Assembly (NCBI GenBank): GCA_008632985.1
Contig: QPGO01000037.1
Location: 124,001 to 188,000, forward strand
Reading direction: 5' to 3'
Length of the DNA stretch: 64,000 bases
Source of the DNA: Psammoneis japonica
Lineage: Eukaryota
This document shows positions 60,397 to 64,000 of this stretch, one piece after another. The position numbers were made by a program, and so were the translations under genes. Numbering within the stretch: position 1 is the stretch's first letter; each line of letters starts with the position of its first letter. Below the pieces are notes generated by a model. That model searched no databases. It saw only the letters and a list, made by a program, of their open reading frames with translations, and was not told the origin of the DNA.

Positions 60397-61478
60397 ATGA
60401 AGTCTCTCACCAGAAAACTTGTGGTCGGAGCTGTTTTAATTGTGGCCAGTCGCGGCGTTTTCTTTATGTCCGGCCTCCATCATTCTCGTCGTTGATGGTC
60501 GAAAGCTCGCAAAATGGAACGAAGACGGCTGGCTCGACAAATACAACAACCATGCATCACACAGCAGAAACTACAACACTATCCGGAGTGGATGCCTTTA
60601 AGGATCTTCTCATGACAAATCAAAAAGTCTTTCTTTTTGAGTTTGGAGATACTGTATCTCAGCTTCGGGTCTGTTTTCATGCAAATCATACTGTTCCAGC
60701 TATATTTTTCGGAAACGGCAAATCGAACCTTAGTAGTGGATCAAAGTCGATTTGAACAGTACCGTCCAAACAACACTCATGGCTTGTGTACGTGCTTTCT
60801 CATGACAGACTTTTCCGTTCTGAAAGCTTGGTGGCCCGATTTTCGACCTTCAGACGAAGTACCCATAGTGACCGTTTCCATGTCGACGAATCGACAATGG
60901 AACACTTTCTTTGTGCTACTCCGAAAGATTCGTGGCTATTTTGAAGAAACGCGTTCGAATATATCACCCTACTGTATATGGCAGTGTGTCGCCTTTGGCG
61001 TGCAATTTGAAGATTCGTCCGGAAAGAGCACTCGGTGGCTTTCCATGTACGACGAGGGGATAAGATTCTACGAGAATCGAGACCGTTCAAAGCTCAAGAT
61101 TACGTGGATCAACTCACCAATCGGTTGTCTATTGACGACTTGTCCAAAATTCGTTCCTGCTATTTAGCCACTGATGAACATCTCGTCGTACCCAATAATA
61201 ATATGACGGAGGCCTTACGCAGGGCATCCATCAACTGTACGCTGTACACGTTGGCCCGGAGTGATTACCATACGACACGAGATGGTGGACACACCGTGTT
61301 TTTGCTGGCCGACATCAAAATGTTAATCAGTGCCACGTACTTTGTGGGGAGCTTCAACAGCAACATCGGGCGAGTGACTGCTTTGTGGCGTGCCTGTGAC
61401 GATTCGAGACAGACATGGGCATCGGAGAGCAACGGATTCAACCATTTTATTTACAAGAAGAATGGAGGCCCTGAGTGA
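60397..61478 (+). CDS. Alpha-1,6-fucosyltransferase-like (GT23) type II membrane protein, frameshifted
   Basis: N-terminal TM (KLVVGAVLIVA); FHVRRGDKI, YLATDE and LADI.ML..A.YFVGSFNSNIGR motifs. Confidence 0.7.
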
Positions 61479-61943
61479 TTCAGAGTGGTCGACGTCATGG
61501 CTCTTTGCAACGACAGCACAATGCCAAGAACGCACAGATCTCATCGATTTGAAGTTGACTCGAACGAGCATGTATGTACATGTACAGCAACATATATGCA
61601 ACGAGCAAGCCTGTAGAAAGGCATTGTATCTGTTGATCCTACACCAGATTGTGAGGGCCACGAACTGTGGATTTTAACAAACATATCATAAACAGAAAAG
61701 CACATAGTTGTTTGATCCTGAAGAATACCAATGCATGGTGCTCGGACTTGCTACACTTCGAATACCGAAGTTCCGCTTGATTTCTGATAAGCGGAAGACA
61801 GCTACCCGAGGTAATTCATGATTTACTTTCCACCAAATTTACGCAGTTCAAAATAGAGATGTTTCCTTCGACGTTAGTCTAACAGATACGATCCGACAAT
61901 GCAACTAAAGATATAACACATAGAGTTCAACACAGCAAGGCCT

Positions 61944-62648
61944 TCATTCTTTCATGTTGGTCTGCAAGAGCTTCAAAAGCTTTTCTTCTTTTTGAACGTG
62001 AAACGAGTTTCTCTTCACGAGCTGAATCTCCTTCGCCCTGCGCACCTGATTCTCCTCTGTGAGATGCTTGTTTTCGGTTCTAACCCGATTCAACTCAAGC
62101 TTCATTTCCTTCATACTATCCCTGTAACTCTCAACAGCATAGTATGACGGCCTTTTCTTGAGCGCTTGGATGATTTCATCGGCAGTCGACGGATCGCTCG
62201 TGGCGATGTCGATAGGGAGGTTTCCCCAGTTGTTCCGAACATCAAGGGAGTCGGGACAAGCAAGAAGAAGCCGGTAGATTACACCATATGATGCGCCATT
62301 AGCGCAAGCATGGTGAATGGGGAGTTGTCCATCGGAGTCCTTCTCTCGGACACCGCTTGGATGGGCTTTGATCAAAGCAGCAATGATGGCCTCCGTGGGC
62401 TGGTGCATGCACGCTTCATGAATGGGGAGACGCCAAAACCCACCGTACCCTTGGTGCTTCACCCAAATGGATGCCTCTTTTGGATTCGTCTCTAGAATGC
62501 AGGCAGTGGTGCCCCACTTCTGAATCTCAATAGCCTTGAAAAGCTTCGTGGAAGCGGCGTCGTAGTCCTGGACGCTAGAGTGGGGGATTTCGGTTGTTTC
62601 ACCAAAGGTGGGGCCGAAGCAACCACACGGAAAGAGAAGATCGGTCAT
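61944..62648 (-). CDS. Ankyrin-repeat plus short coiled-coil protein (paralog 3)
   Basis: RLPIHEACM, DSDGQLPIHHAC and NLPIDIA; N-terminus MTDLLFPCGCFG. Confidence 0.88.
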   Translation of the reverse strand: MTDLLFPCGCFGPTFGETTEIPHSSVQDYDAASTKLFKAIEIQKWGTTACILETNPKEASIWVKHQGYGGFWRLPIHEACMHQPTEAIIAALIKAHPSGVREKDSDGQLPIHHACANGASYGVIYRLLLACPDSLDVRNNWGNLPIDIATSDPSTADEIIQALKKRPSYYAVESYRDSMKEMKLELNRVRTENKHLTEENQVRRAKEIQLVKRNSFHVQKEEKLLKLLQTNMKE

Positions 62649-62979
62649 GATAAGGCCTTTCAATTGTCAGGACTCGAGAATTGTGAGACGTTGTGCGCTT
62701 ATTTGGAAGCGTGTTCCGAAATTGAATTCGGCGAATGCCAAAAAGTGACGCTGGATTTATTGATTAATCACATATTTATTGGTGAAGCTTTTTATATATC
62801 ATTAAATGCCGTGGTAAGGCCGTTGAACGGAGAGTTGGTTAATTAGTTATTCAGCGTTGTAGCGTTTATATTAAAATCAACGGACAAGCTACTGTACGTC
62901 GATAATTTTTGGCGATCTTTTCTTTGGGACCATGGAATCCTCATCAGCATCGATCGATTGCTCCTAGAGCTAGCCTGGC

Positions 62980-64000
62980 ACAAAGCCTTGAAAATCTGGT
63001 GGGGCAGGGTTGTCCAGGATCAAAAGTGATGGACAGGCACAAGTGTTGTGCAAACTCAGTCAGCTGCACGTCACAGTTGTTCTCAAGAAAGCGAGGGGAG
63101 GAAAAAACCAGATGCAATGTGGAAAAAGTCCCTTTTGTTGCTCAAGCCATCTGTGCTTTTTAAACCCCCGAGCAATGACATTTAAAATGTTTGCATTGTT
63201 GCTCATGGCTGCAATGTTGTCAATGGAAATTTCACAAATCTGGCAGCTTTGATTGTGACAAAAAAGACTGTGTGGGTTTGCACTGCACATGCTTTGCCCA
63301 CACCCTGTTTGGACTGTGTGTGACTCTGCCAGGTGTGCTGCAAAGCAACAGCTCCTTTGTAATTTTGAACAGCAAAATTTTTTAGATGCTTGGCTTGCTG
63401 TGTTTTCTCTAAGTCTTTTTCTTTGTTGATCTTTGAAAACCTCTTTTTGACTTTTTGGCTCAGAAAAAAGTCTGCAGTGCTGACATGAGAGAAACCCACA
63501 GTTCACATTGTTGAGCTTCGCACAGTGGGCAACTCTTTTAATAAAATTGCTGCCATGCTGTGGGCTAGCTTGCATTGGGTTGCCCTGAAAACAGAAGTTC
63601 TCTGAAACAAAATTGCTCAAGAAGGATCTCGCAAAGCATGGCGCAAAAGGACTGAGAAAGAAGCTGTGCCAAAACTCACAAAACAAAGCTCTGGACAAGG
63701 CCTGAAAAGCCCAGACAATAAAAAAGCAGAGAAAAAAGTGTGAGATGACAAGCAGCAGAATGACAAGCTTCCACAGCAGTGCAGCCTCCAGAACTTTAAA
63801 ATGTTGCAAAAAAAGGCAGGTGATGCACACCAAACACATTGTCAAAACTGCAAACTGTTGAGCTGGCAAGTTAATGCCACCACAAACAAATTCTGTTGGG
63901 GTTCCTGTGCTGTTCAATGTGCTTGCCTTGCAATCTGCAGCAGCCATGGGTTGACAAAGCTGTCAAGAATGCAACTGCAAACTTGCACAATGACAGCTGT
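62980..64000. other. CpG/TpA-depleted hypermutated domain (runs off the window)
   Basis: TG/CA-rich with scarce CG; the few TA are mostly in ttaa/taaa contexts; Tyr-poor spurious ORFs. Confidence 0.8.

Noticed and set aside
10633..61478. Frameshifts in SRP72, alanyl-tRNA synthetase, aminopeptidase, transporters, DnaJ and CFA synthase as pseudogenisation or programmed frameshifting
   Set aside because: They are mostly 1-nt losses in short runs (e.g. cga gc ggt ggc for RAGGK near 48067) inside otherwise conserved essential genes, typical of unpolished long-read assembly.
1..64000. tRNA, rRNA or telomeric repeats
   Set aside because: None recognisable by eye; tRNAscan-SE or Infernal would be needed to exclude them.

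Overview
Eukaryotic nuclear DNA, very likely from a diatom (bipartite ASAFAP-type plastid presequence, DUF6824 protein, diatom-type GPCR, short spliceosomal introns). The window alternates between two compartments. (1) Gene-dense blocks of normal composition encode a DUF4336 protein, M1 aminopeptidase, SRP72, a MYND protein, a vWA-MIB/HERC2-ZZ protein, a plastid Ni/Co-transporter-like protein, an amino-acid transporter, two DnaJ/DnaJ-X proteins, Cdc14, a LITAF protein, an F-box/DUF6824 protein, alanyl-tRNA synthetase, a GPCR-like protein, an FAD-oxidase/cyclopropane-fatty-acid-synthase fusion, three ankyrin paralogs and a GT23-like fucosyltransferase. (2) Six sharply bounded domains (about 1-10400, 18790-20520, 23560-25430, 30860-33420, 44680-47510, 62980-64000) contain decayed transposons, repeats and a gene duplicate, and have lost almost all TpA as well as CpG, both converted to TpG/CpA. 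An intact gene (43863-44594) and its decayed neighbouring copy (about 44920-45590) show the direction of change base by base. This points to a region-targeted hypermutation process with a TpA->TpG/CpA component, the reverse of fungal RIP and not explained by 5mC deamination. Single-base frameshifts in many housekeeping genes look like assembly errors. Dinucleotide observations are by eye and hand alignment, not computed.
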